From positions 1-64,000 of the forward strand of contig ADNK01001417.1 in the NCBI GenBank assembly GCA_000320545.1: DNA of 64,000 nucleotides. The letters are read 5' to 3'. This DNA is from Bigelowiella natans CCMP2755. Taxonomy: Eukaryota > Protista > Cercozoa. The notes under the pieces are model-generated. The model was not told the DNA's origin and did no database searches. It saw only the letters and a program-made list of their open reading frames with translations. This document shows positions 12,806 to 25,059 of the stretch, piece by piece. How positions within the stretch are numbered: the first letter of the stretch is position 1; each line of letters starts with the position of its first letter. Made by a program: the position numbers and the translations under genes.

Positions 12806-14135
12806 CGACGTTGATGACGTTGATGACATTTCTTGAGCAAGTAAAAGCACCAACATTACAAACTGTGCGTCTATGGCACTTTTCCATTATCTGTACCTCA
12901 CCCTTCATCGTTGATTTTCTCTCTTAATATTCTAGTGAAAACAGTATATACGCACGTACCCTGTTTGCGTGAACATTCTCGCCTCCAAACCGCCTAACTA
13001 TCTTGCCTATAAATAATGTGTCATTTGTTGCTGCTGCTGATGATTGATGATGATTGATTCGCCCCGTCCCTTCTCCCCCCCAACCCTACCGTATACTTTG
13101 ATTGTTGCTTTGATATGTGACCATCTACTGCTACTACTACTACTACTACTACTACTACCACTATTACTACTACTACTACTACTACCAGATCTAATGTCAA
13201 TGACGCAGACGGATAGGTCATCCACCGCGACTGCAGCAAGTTCCGACGCATGGCATAAAACGAGTTGAGACACAGCCAAACGAGGAACTTGCCTAACTGC
13301 GGTCGCTGAGGATGATGGAGGAGATTTTGTTGTTGTTGTTGCTGCTGCTGCTATCCTCTTCTCGTCGTCTTCTTCTTCTTCCTCCTCCTCCTCCTCCTCC
13401 TCCTCCTCTTCCTCCATTTGCTTTTGTCCCACTCCGCTGTAGTCGAGGTCAGGAATTACCACCTTTACCAGAAATAGCAGGAACAAGTGAGAGAATAAAT
13501 AACAATGCATGCAAACTAACACTATGCTAATGAATACATCGTTTCTTACGGTCTACTGTGGTGATTGATTAGTACACACCATTTTAAGCAGTTTAAATTC
13601 TTGGAAATCCCAGATCTTAACACACCTGATGTCATAATAGCTCAGAGCATCATCATCGTCGTCATCATCGTCGTCATCATCGCATGAAAGCATACATGCA
13701 AATACACTCACCCATCAAGGCTCGATGACACAAGAGAAAGGTTCACTGAATCGACTGCAACACCAGTCACTGCCAAACCGTGTGCTTTCTTTGCTTCTGA
13801 TGTAGTTGGGCACCGTTAAATATATGCATGTACAGTATTTTATATTATTAATATGATTAACATTTAGTGTATGGTGTGCGTAATCTCTTTGATCACCAGA
13901 TAAATATTCTTTACAACAGGTCTTCTCACATATTTCCAATTACTTTTAGGATACGCTGCTTTAAAATTTCCACTTTGAAGATTGTATCGTTCAACCCGAC
14001 CCTGATATCATGATCATGATCATCATCATCATCATGATCATCATCGCATCAGCATTCTCATAATCATCCTTGCTTCTTTTTTGACCACTACCACTAGTAG
14101 CAAGCATTGCAAACATTAAACAAAAGTAGTAGTAA

Positions 14136-14173
<38 letters not shown>

Positions 14174-16432
14174 CATTTTCTGTTCCAATGATAGTGAAAT
14201 GGCCGCATGAGCTAATGCATACGGCCGTGACCACTTCCTTCTTCTTCCTTCCGCCATGGGTTGCTCCTAATTGACGAAGAACCCACAATCAATAACAATG
14301 ATGATAATGGCGAAAGAGTAAAAACTCGATCGATTCTCGTGATATGCTAGGCCAGTGCGATGTAATACCTCCCCCTATTCTACGTTTTCCGAGTCGTTTT
14401 TGCGTGAAATTCCACGTTGATGCAAGGGGGTCGTTTTTATGGCAAGCAACGACATTTGGCCAATTTCGTTCACGTGCTGATGAAGATGGAGAAGGACAAC
14501 AAAACAGCACTTAGTAATTGTGCATTGTGCTCGATCATTGGTGTGAGAGGAAGGTACCAACATGCAACCATATCATTAATAATCGCTATGATTACCAATA
14601 GAAGCTTCGAACCCTGTTATTTGTGCGAGCGGCCGATTCCCTACTCCCTGGTGGTGTTGTTGGCCATAATGATAGGGATAGGTCGTCATACAAAGGAGAA
14701 AGAAACAGAAGAGAGATAGCAGCATCAAATAGCGATATCAACAATATTGAAACGACGATTATTATGGTTGCTATAGGGGGCACTCTTTCTTCACGAACTC
14801 CAGAATCCTCCTCCTCCTCCCTCCTCCTCCTCCTCCTCCTCCTACCAGCACTATCACTACCACAACACACCCTAAGCTTCTTCCGTGCTCGTTGCAGCCC
14901 CTTCCCTTGTGAGAGCTCTGCCGACTGTTGTGGCCGATACAGGTTGAACACACGAAACGTGCGATCTAGTCCAGAAGACAACACATGATCCGACGTCGTG
15001 TCTGCTGCGTAGAACCGCACACGAGAGGGGGGGAGGCTGTGCCCTGCACGGGATTTTAGCAGCCTCGGAATACCCGGTGATGAAGCGTTTCCACTGCTGT
15101 CATCACCACCTCCTTTATCGAATATCCATACCTGCGTGACACATATTCACGCATCATCACCAAAAGGTATTCTCAGTATATAAAATCCTTCCAAACATAC
15201 AATGATAGCACACTCTTGGCCAGGAGCCATGTAGCGGTAACAAGAAGCATTCTTTGAAGAATCAAGCACCTCACCTTTATGGCATTGTCTTGACCGGATG
15301 TGATGAGAAGGGGCTCGCTCGGGACAAATACAACCGAAGTAACAGGGCCATCATGAGCGTCTTCGATCACCTGAAAACATCATACGGAGTCATTCCAAGT
15401 AGGCTGATGTATATCTTCATTCATTATCATATTTATTGTTTTTAAGTGGCAATTCAAGCAGCACTACTCGAAGGAGCAATGCAATAGCTGTGACAGACAT
15501 TGTATCTACCGTGACTAATTGTCGTTTTTTCAGATCCCACACGGCCAAATGACCAGCCTTACATCCAGACACGAGGCATGGTGCAGGGTTTTTCACCCCC
15601 CCTCCTCCGCCATTTCCTTGAGCTGCTACTTTCGACGACTGCCAAGTAGAGGACCGGAACGATACCGCCGTAACTAATATTAACATTTTACTTATTGCTT
15701 GAAGCTATTGGTTAACTGCAGCAAAAGTAGCAATAGAACCTTCCCCATGCTCCGGCTCATGAAGGAAGCGCATGACGGTCTTTTATCCAAAAACACACGT
15801 ACACATGGAGAGGATTATAGCCAGTCGTAGATTCAGTAAGTTATTCTTCTTCGAGGCGCAAGTTAGGTGGTATAAGTAGGACCTTATCGTATTTTAAGTT
15901 GTGAACGGCTATCATTCCATTGGCAAATCCGATCCCAACCACCTTTCAGTAGAACAAGGACAAGTTAGAAGACAACTAATGACAACCAACCATTAATACA
16001 CCCAGACCAACCCAGTCCATCGATTAGAAAAAAGCACGAGAAGTGGCAAAAACAGCAACTGGAAAAACAAGAACATATAAGATTTGTTTGTTTTCAACTG
16101 TACATCGATTGCTGTGGACTGTGACACGCATGTAATTGCGGACAGGTTTGTTGCTTTTGAGACTGATTTGCTCAGATTGTTTTTCCCAGACGACCAGGGC
16201 CTTTGGTGGAGAGCTTCAGCATCAAACGCATGGACTCGTCGCCCACTCATTAGGTTCCACAACTCAAACGATCCATCAGAGAAACCGAGTACAACTTTAT
16301 TTAGGTAAGTAGCTGGGTGCTCCAGTGTTAGAATCCTGCGATCTTGTGCGTCATTCTTGCAAATTTCAAGGCGACGTTGTAATGCGCGTTCGTTCACATC
16401 CCACACATCTACTGTTTGGTTTTCGCCCACAG

Positions 16433-16472
<40 letters not shown>

Positions 16473-17147
16473 GTTAGTACATCTAGCTCTTAATTAATCC
16501 CCATTAAGTACATTTCTTACACGTTGAAGATGGACCATACAAATGTTTCATCAGGATAACTTACCACAAGAGTACTTCCGAGGAGGCTCAGGAGGTAAAG
16601 ATGGCCAGGCCCTGCGCTATTTAAGTCTCCTGCCATCCCATTTTCACTGTTGTCATCTTCATCGTCATCGTCAATCTGCATTGATGGGCTGGGGTTGGAG
16701 TTCCCTTCTAAACATGCAATTTGCTCAGCCCTTCGAAATATCACAACGTCTGGGCCTTGTGTGACGTAGGTGATGTCCCTGTGGGAAGTGACTGCACGAA
16801 TTGGAAGCGATAGTCGGGGGCCTGATCGATCAAATCAACAACACATTAAACAATCTAATAATGATGATGCCGTTGCGGCGCGTTCTAATTTATTTTACAA
16901 ACATGTCAAAATAAAGGAACAACCACGTACCAATAATCGTGAGGCGCAATTTATCAACCTGAAGGATACAAAATTCATTGATTGGGGGACAAGACTAAAA
17001 TGACCAGTGTGTCCTCACATTGTACACTTGCCACGCTCTTCCCACGACGACAGTGATGAAAGTCTCCTTCCCAAGCTGTTTCAGATGAAACGGAACATCG
17101 TCCGCTACATGACCCACAGTCCGATACGGTGCGAACAAGGTGGACAT
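11195..17147 (-). CDS. WDR36: WD40 SSU-processome protein WDR36/Utp21, many introns
   Basis: MSTLFAPYRTVG...KQLGKETFITVVVGRAWQVYN; HPATYLNKVVLGF; EPLLITSGQDNAIK; C-terminal LTLSGLPESRWAHLNSLEMIKERNKP...APFFL and LGPSAIDAEIR. Confidence 0.93.
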
Positions 17148-17340
17148 GCGGAGCGATTAGTTGAGGAGGGGCATCCGACAATTGCAAGATCTAGTGAGTG
17201 GGTTTTTTTTTAATCAATATTTGGAAATGGAAGGGCATTGTACGAAAATATTCGATATATAATTTGTCGCACATGATTAAAGAATTAATTTATCTGGACT
17301 GAATTTTGTGCGAAATTCTTGTCTCTTCACACACCGTCCG

Positions 17341-18830
17341 GGTGGTGGCTTGGCGACGTGAGGCGATGTCATCAATTCCAAGTTCATCATGTTCAGACCC
17401 ACATCGTGGATTGATTGTCATGAACAAAGTTGACCAAACGCAACAGCTTGCAAGTTAACTCTCACACTTGGCTACAATTGAGGGCAACGGTGCGGACGGT
17501 GAACACACAGGCAAAACTTCACGCATGTCGTCGTCACGCACGAATCTGTCCTTGAAATTCAGGTCTGTGGGTTTCTTCCTTTCTTTCTTTCATCCTGGCA
17601 TCTGAAACGAACCTCCATTTTTCCTTGCACGTCTGGCATGCTCTAGTGCTTTCTGATCGCCTCTCTGCGTTTCGCACTTTGCTGGTGTCATGCTGGCATG
17701 CAGCTTTGCTGCGATGTCGATCGTGCTGCAGTTTGGTGGGCGATCAACAAAGTTTCTCACTTCTTTCTTTCTTTGTTTTTTCTTTCTTGGGCCATTTGGA
17801 GACCGCAATCACAGCTCCAGAGCTAGACAAGTCCAGCAGTGCATGAGCACGTGCACACACGTGATGCTGCACCTCCAGACCTGCACACCAGCATGCCAGC
17901 ATGGCGCAGTCTAGCTGTGCACGCTGCATGCACCGAACGTGCGCACAAAACCATTCTGGCATTGTCTGACATGACAGTGTCAATGTTCAACACTAGAACA
18001 GTGCTAGCAGTAGAGAGGGTGCATGCAGTCTAGCAGTGCACGGCGTTGATCGAATGATGCCGTGCCCCTTTGCAGAACAGCTAGATCAAGCATCGAAGTT
18101 GGTGCCTTCTAGCCTTCCTGTGGCTTCGCTGTTCGTTTGCTCATCGCTCGCTCACTTGAAACACGCGAGCACGCAAGCACACGACGCGCGATTTGGCGAT
18201 CATTGCATGATCTAGTGATGGACACACAGTGATGGGCTAGTGGGGCGTGTGCAACACGCACATCATGTCATCATGTTGCATGTCCATCATCACGTACGTA
18301 CTTGCAATGGACACAGTGACACCTGACATGCTGTAATGTGTGTGCACATTGCATGTCTGTCATTTGTGACGCTTGCATGTTGACACGTTTTCACACACCG
18401 CACCGCAATGCAATGAACTCTGCAAAGCAAGCAAGCGGGCTACGCCAGAGTGCCAGAGCACAGCCAAACTGAACCATTCGATTCGCTACTTCGCTACATG
18501 TGCAAAACAATTTGTTCGTGTTGTGTTGCGCGATTTGATCGAGGCTGAAATGAAACACGCTAAAACAGTGCACGTCAGAAGAGCATTGCTGTCATCTAGT
18601 CATGTGGCATGCCAGCATGCGCCGCTGACGTGCACCCAAGGCTACAAGGATGAGCACGACAGAGGCAGCGGGGAAATTGTGAACAATCAATGTCGGCTGC
18701 GTGGTGCGCAGGTGGGCTAATAGACCTAAAGATCTAGAGATTGCAAGCTGCAAGCTTGCTTGCTGTCCACATTGCGCTGCGAAGTATCGCAATTAGCAAT
18801 GCTCACGTTCGGCCCTTGCAGGGTTGCTTG
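17341..18830. other. TpA-depleted degenerate domain / possible dead + strand gene relic
   Basis: 17341-18290 contains 13 TA, 10 of them in CTAG; TG, CA and CG abundant; no recognisable intact ORF. Confidence 0.75.
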
Positions 18831-19249
18831 TATGCTCTTCTTCCCCGCCCTCCCTCCCCCTTCTCTCATCTACAATGTGTGTGAGAAAAATTAAAAATGA
18901 TGTGTGCACTACATCACAAAACTAGATTAGATTAGTTCGTCCATATTCCCATTCCCTTTCCATGTGTGGGTTCCATATGTGGATGAGTTTTACACGATTT
19001 AAAATTTTATCCCACATCCCCACGCATGAAATAGTGGTACTCAATATAATTAAATACGATGTAACTGAACTTCATCATACATCACTGAAACCAGACACAC
19101 TGATAATGCAAAAAGCTTAGAAAAAGCTATTCCCCAGAATACAGTCATTTCACTCTCAACAGACAATATAGCAATAATCCTGCATTTTTTTCAATAAGTT
19201 TGGAATCTTAGTTTTTACATTGAGCTGCAAGTGCTACAATTAAAACTGC

Positions 19250-19798
19250 TTAAATTCTGCTAGGATAAAGCATAATGCGTACGCTTCCACCAAGAGCACG
19301 GGCTGGAAGATTTTTCTGGAATGCAGATCGCACAAGGCCTGAGTAAATTAAATAATTATCAATGAGTACTGGTATAAAGCTGAGAGTCAAATTGAAGGTG
19401 GCTTACCGTTGTTTCCATGAGCGCGCTGAATCTTTCCCCAGATCACACGAAAGCGACTAGTTTGTTTGCCAGATTCTTTCTTAACACGAGAGTGCTTTCC
19501 ACGTGCTCTTTTAGCTTTGTAAATGTATGCAACACGCTTGCCAAGGTAGAAGTCAAGGTCCTCCTTGTTGTTCACCCCATCAATTTGGAGAATAGCACAG
19601 TGATTGCGCTGATTTGCGTTGCTTCGACGGAATGTGACAAAAGCACCCTTAACATACAGCCTAAGTTGTAAAAGTTCCTCAAAATCAGTACATATTATCA
19701 TCCCGTGTGATTTTCTAGACACTGGTATGCCTGTAGCAATACCTTGGTGGCCTTTCACCCTTGGAGGAGGAGGCACCCTTAACGTCGTCCGCAGACAT
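19250..19798 (-). CDS. RPL35A: 60S ribosomal protein L35a (eL33), 3 exons
   Basis: MSADDVK...PPR|[13 protein letters not shown]...[13 protein letters not shown]...[14 protein letters not shown]|[29 protein letters not shown]. Confidence 0.96.
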
Positions 19799-20026
19799 TT
19801 TCGGAGAATAAGTCGTGTGCGAAGAATTAAATCGCTAAAACGCCGACCTTGATCCTCTCTAGAGATCTCGCGATATTTTCCCACTGGCTTTGTCTGTCGC
19901 ACGTGTGAGATACGCTGTGTTACGTGAAAATTGGAGGGGATGCTCTCTGACTAATCTCCGATAATCTCTGGATATCTCCAATGAGTTCTCCGACATAACC
20001 CAACCCTACGAGAATACTTCGATCGA
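19799..20026. promoter_or_regulatory. Bidirectional promoter RPL35A/RRP8 with phased TCTC motifs
   Basis: 228-bp gap; TCTC at 19944, 19955, 19965, 19975, 19987; TCTCGCGA at ~19866. Confidence 0.55.
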
Positions 20027-21297
20027 ATGGGACGCAGGTCGTTAGCTCAAGCTCTTCGTTCGAGGCGTGAGGCCACAGGATCGATCGCCCAACCAGTGAT
20101 TAGAAAGGGAAAAACGAAAGTATGAACATTATCTCTTTTTGCACTGAGCCAACTGCTGCTCGCTAAGAATGATAACAACCTAGGTGGGATCGAAGAAGGC
20201 TGGTAAATGTTCATCAGCCAGTCCCAAACAGGAACAGGGCTTAAAAAAGAAGATGAAAAAGAATGGGCGGAAGCGGAAACGGCAGTTTAAAAGATCAAAT
20301 AAAAAAATGTCCGAACCTCCGGGGAAACATCGGAAGCCTTCCTCTTCTTCAACAGATGTCAAAGAGTCATCAGGACTCTTGGCTAACATGAGGAAGCGTC
20401 TCAAGGGAGCACAGTTTCGTTGGCTCAATGAGAAGTTATACACCTGTGCTGGGGGAGAAGCATTCGAGTATTTTCAAGAGAATCCCAAGATGTTTGAAAA
20501 GTATCATGAGGGATTCTCTCGCCAAGCGGACTCGTGGTCAAGGAACCCCCTTGATGAAATGATCGCAATCTTGAAACGCAAGCGCCAATGGGTTGTAGGA
20601 GATTTCGGGTGTGGTGAGGCCCGCCTAGCTCAATCAGTACCTAATAAAGTGTATTCCTTCGATTTGGTTGCGATAAACGAACATGTAGTTGCATGTAACA
20701 TGGCCAATGTCCCTTTGGAGGATGGAAAGCTTGACGCCGCAGTTTTCTGCCTCTCGTTGATGGGAACGAATCTGTCTGATTTCATCCGAGAAGCCCGTCG
20801 TTGTCTGAGATCGAATGGAACCCTATTGGTATTATTCCCACGATATTGATCCCCGCTTATTGTTAAGGATGACTTAACGAATAGGTAGCAGAGGTGATAA
20901 GCCGCATGTCGGAACATGGGCAGCTGAATGATAAGGCATTTATCAATGCCATAGAGAGTGAGGGCTTCAAGCTCACAAGTCGACGAATCCTCAGTAAAAT
21001 GTGAGTTCCTTCAGCTTTCAATGAGCAATTTCTCACAAGATGTATGTAGGTTCATCTTGATGAACTTTCGAAAGAAAGAACATGTCAAGAGAAAAGATTC
21101 CAAAGTTAGCGGGAGACGGCTCGAAGATAACATATCTAGAAATCCAAAGGGGAAAAAGAAAAAAAGAAAGGGGAAAACAGATACAAGTTCACAAGGACCC
21201 ATTCAGATGGTCCTTGCGCCATGCCGGTAAACAATCATGTACACATCAGAAAAAAATGATGCTCAATTTTTGTGTTTCCAGGTATAAGAAAAGATAA
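20027..21297 (+). CDS. RRP8: rRNA m1A methyltransferase Rrp8/nucleomethylin
   Basis: RLKGAQFRWLNEKLYT, YHEGF, DFGCGEARLA, VYSFDL, AVFCLSLMGTN, C-terminal LAPCR|YKKR*. Confidence 0.95.
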
Positions 21298-21449
21298 GGA
21301 AATCTCTGTCCATGCCATCTCCCTTATATCGTGCAGCAGACTATTGGTGAATGAACTTGTAGGTATTGGTACTATGAAGGCAATTGTCTCCATTTACTTC
21401 TGAAGATTTCACCACGTGCTTTCGCATGGAAAAGAAGCATGTTGGCATT

Positions 21450-22140
21450 GCATATCGTACATATCTAGATATCACCACGCATGCAGTAATAAGTAAGGCT
21501 ACAGTAGATATAGAGCAAAATATTGCGTGCAATGCTGGTGACTAAAATATATGGCTACATGCTAGAATGTTACCTAGCTATGCATGCAGTATAGTCGCGT
21601 GTGCAACGCCAATCAAGCTCTAGAAATGCAGTTGTCAGAGAGACATGCTATATAGCATGTCTAAATGTATACAGGACATCAACCTGCCGATCTCTAGATA
21701 TTTTCGCGCGCGAGCAGAGCGTATAGCAGCAAGCATGCTAGCATGGTAACATTGCGTATTATTTTACATCTAGATGTGTATCGTATGTATAACAACAGCG
21801 ACGCAGCTAGACTGATGAACAGCGCCAGCGAGCATTGTATCAGCAAGCAAAGATGCTTCTATGCATGGCTAGCTCTAGATATTGCACAGCCAACGCTAGC
21901 AAGCATTATCACCACGAACACGCGGATATGCATGGCTGTATGGCGCGTAGTTAGTGAGCAGTATCTAGTAGGTCCATCAGAGCGTATGTCATGCACTCTC
22001 ATATCTCATAGTAATTAACTCATATACCAGTTCGAATCACCGTTCGTTGCATCACATCACTAGATCAGTATGTTATCGTCTTGTATGTCCGCCATGCTAT
22101 GGGATGTACTATTTCGGTCGTATGCTACTAGGTGGCTGAC
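21450..22140. repeat. CTAG/CATG/TGCA-rich convergent intergenic tract
   Basis: acctagctatgcatgc, gcatgctagcatg, ggctagctctag between RRP8 (+) and the next (-) gene. Confidence 0.75.
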
Positions 22141-22201
22141 AACAAGATGCCTTCGGTTTAAAGTAGTATCTAATTGATTTATCGTCAAAGTACGTCCCTC
22201 C

Positions 22202-22683
22202 TCAAGGTAGAATCTGGACATTTACTTTAAAATCGTAAGAAACCTGTATTCGACTCCCTCGAGCGTCGACAAGGGATGCTCCTGAGAGAGAGGTGGATGC
22301 AGCCGGACACTGCAAACTCACGGTGATAGGCGTTGCGCTCACTCCATTTTCAACTTTTATCTGCAATGGATTATGTTAGGATCCGGAGCTTATAAAAAAC
22401 CATAACGAAAGAGCGAGACCGCTAAAATTTCTCGTTACAGTGATGGAAAAATACGAAAAAGTTTCTAAAATAATCATATCACTAAATCACCATCATTTTC
22501 ATCATCATTATCATCATAATTTGAACATGACTTGACCATGGCAACTTGCTTTCCTTGGAGGGATCCTTTCAGCTTCTCTTTCCATGTTAACTTTTTACGA
22601 TGACAATGAGGACGAAGATACGAACGGCAGGTAAGTGTTATCGCTTGGCATTATATCATACGCATCATTATGTAGTAGTAGTG

Positions 22684-22715
<32 letters not shown>

Positions 22716-23021
22716 CGTAGTAGTAGTAGGAGTATTAGTACCGTTTGCAGACTGGGATCATACGTTGCTTGCTGAGCGTTCCACTTGAAACTTTTGGAAG
22801 CCTATGTGCATACAGCATGACGACTCAAAATAAGATACGACCATAGCTTCCTCAAGTATAGCATCAGCACCAGTAAGCAGCAGCACGATTATCATCATCA
22901 TCATCATCACCATCATGATTTCCTATCAACCATGATCACCTTATCGTACAAGCTTGACTTGCCCAAACACTGTTCAACAGCGTTTCCTGAATGGGGAGGG
23001 AGATCATCCGTAAAGGCGACC

Positions 23022-23062
<41 letters not shown>

Positions 23063-23268
23063 GGAGGTAATCGTAAACGATGGTATTCTGACTACATCAG
23101 AGTAGACAAAACTAAAATATTCGCTATATGTGAACAATTTGTTCGCATTACGTAATTTGAGGCTGAAAACAGTGTCAGAAGGCTTTGTCACGGAATCGGG
23201 ATTCGTGTACCACATCACCGCAGCTTGTGTTTGGTTTCCCTATTATGGATGAATGTGTATGCAGCAAC

Positions 23269-23303
<35 letters not shown>

Positions 23304-23528
23304 CAACAAAAAACACATAATTTAAAGAACAATATTCATAATTGATCAATCTACTTCCCATAAATATGTAATATGTTTCATCATTCGTTAAAGCATCTTT
23401 GTGATACCGTTATGGTGCTACAGCGACACGACGACGACAACAACTACTAATACTATTACTACTACCACTACCCTCTTCAGTTTCCCACGCACAGCACCCC
23501 AACAACAACAACAACTGGTTGTCCAACC

Positions 23529-23559
<31 letters not shown>

Positions 23560-24840
23560 CCATCATCATCATTTTGATCGGTTTCAACAAAAATACTGCA
23601 AGTTCCTACTTGTGTTTTCCACAAGCCTTTCGCTAGAAAAGGAATACGACGTGAATCCATCTCGCCAGTACTATATGAAAGAGCAAAGACCTACAACATA
23701 ACAAACCAACAACGGCAAATTGAGAAACAGTAACAAAACGATCGAAAGCGTCTAACACTATGATTCAAAAAAATGCCTAGTCTTCCCTCCTCGCCTCCCA
23801 CCCCCCCTCCTCACCGATGCTTGGCCGATAGGTAACGTGCAATCAACGCACCCTGAGACAACGGATTGTAGGAAGCTCTTCAATCAATGACAAAGAAGTA
23901 GTAGATACAAGTTGTAGTAGCATAAAGCACGCAGTGTTGCAGCGTAGAAGAAGAAGAAGAAGAAGAAGAAGAAGAAGAAGAAGAAGAAGAAATTGTCTGA
24001 GAACATCAACGCCCACCCTAACAATCGTTGCCTCTACTCTCTAAATACCATCATGTTCCACCATCTTTCTTCTCCTAGATATCTCTTCTGCTTCTGTTGT
24101 TGTTGTTTTCAACACTATGTGTGGTTACCTTTTCCCCGCTCTAGGAATGGAGTCTTGAAGGAGCTTGTTTTCAACACATTGCCGTCCTATTTCAGGGTAG
24201 CAGTGATCATCATCCGTCATTACCATCCACCAATAATAATAAAAATAATTATAATAATGATGATAATAAGAATGATGAAGAGAATAATAATGATAATCAT
24301 TATCATTATCATCATCATCATAAGCATCGTCGTCTATCAAACTAAGATGCTGCTAATATTAGGACTGCTGCTGCTGCGCTCCTAAATCCCACCTTGCCCA
24401 ATAACTTCACAGAAACATTTTGAGCGACCCCCGTATCACTCTTAGAGCGCAGTATCGTCACCTTTAATTATTTTTTTAAAAACAATCAGACAACTGAGGA
24501 AGGAACCATTTATAGGAGTAATAATAATAATAATAGTACACATGTTTCTGTGCTGCGTCATCATCATCGTCACCATCATCGATCTGAGTCTTTCGTACCT
24601 CTCCTGACAGCTCGCCGATCTTGACTACTTTCATATCCTTGACCCTATTATTATTATTATTATTATTATTATTGTATCCAGCGACAAATCATCATCATCA
24701 CTATTATTAATATTATTATCATGGAAACGAATAGCTGCAAACTCAGTGAATCCATCGTGAAGAGAGCAGGAGAAGAGGAGACAAGACGCAGCAATGCACC
24801 ACAATAAGCATGAAACATAAGTCCATTGCTTCGAGGCCAT
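22202..24840 (-). CDS. Hypothetical multi-exon protein with probable signal peptide
   Basis: MASKQWTYVSCLLWCIAASCLLFSCS; GT-AG bounded exons (EVKDMKVVKIGELSGE, VTILRSKSDTG, AAVMWYTNPDS...YSEYFSFVYSD, IKVENGVSATP...VNVQILP*); no family recognised. Confidence 0.5.
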
Positions 24841-24904
24841 TGCTGTCTGTCACGATACCGTTAGCATCATTATCATTGGCATATATTAACAATAATAATA
24901 ATAT

Positions 24905-24939
<35 letters not shown>

Positions 24940-25059
24940 TTTTTGTTATGATTATTATGATTACGTATAATCGATAGCCTCTGAAACAACAATCTTGAAC
25001 ACTCCATTGCTGCTGCTGTTGTTGTAGTTGTTGTGTGATGCTGGACTCTGTTGAGATTT

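Noticed and set aside
1-18830. CpG-methylation decay as the cause of TG/CA excess in the odd domains
   Set aside because: CG, GCGC and CGCG are plentiful there, and the missing dinucleotide is TA.
24600-24840. Apparent frameshift at (AAT)n in the hypothetical secreted gene
   Set aside because: A GT-AG intron (ACTGA|GTTTG...AATAG|G) restores the frame.
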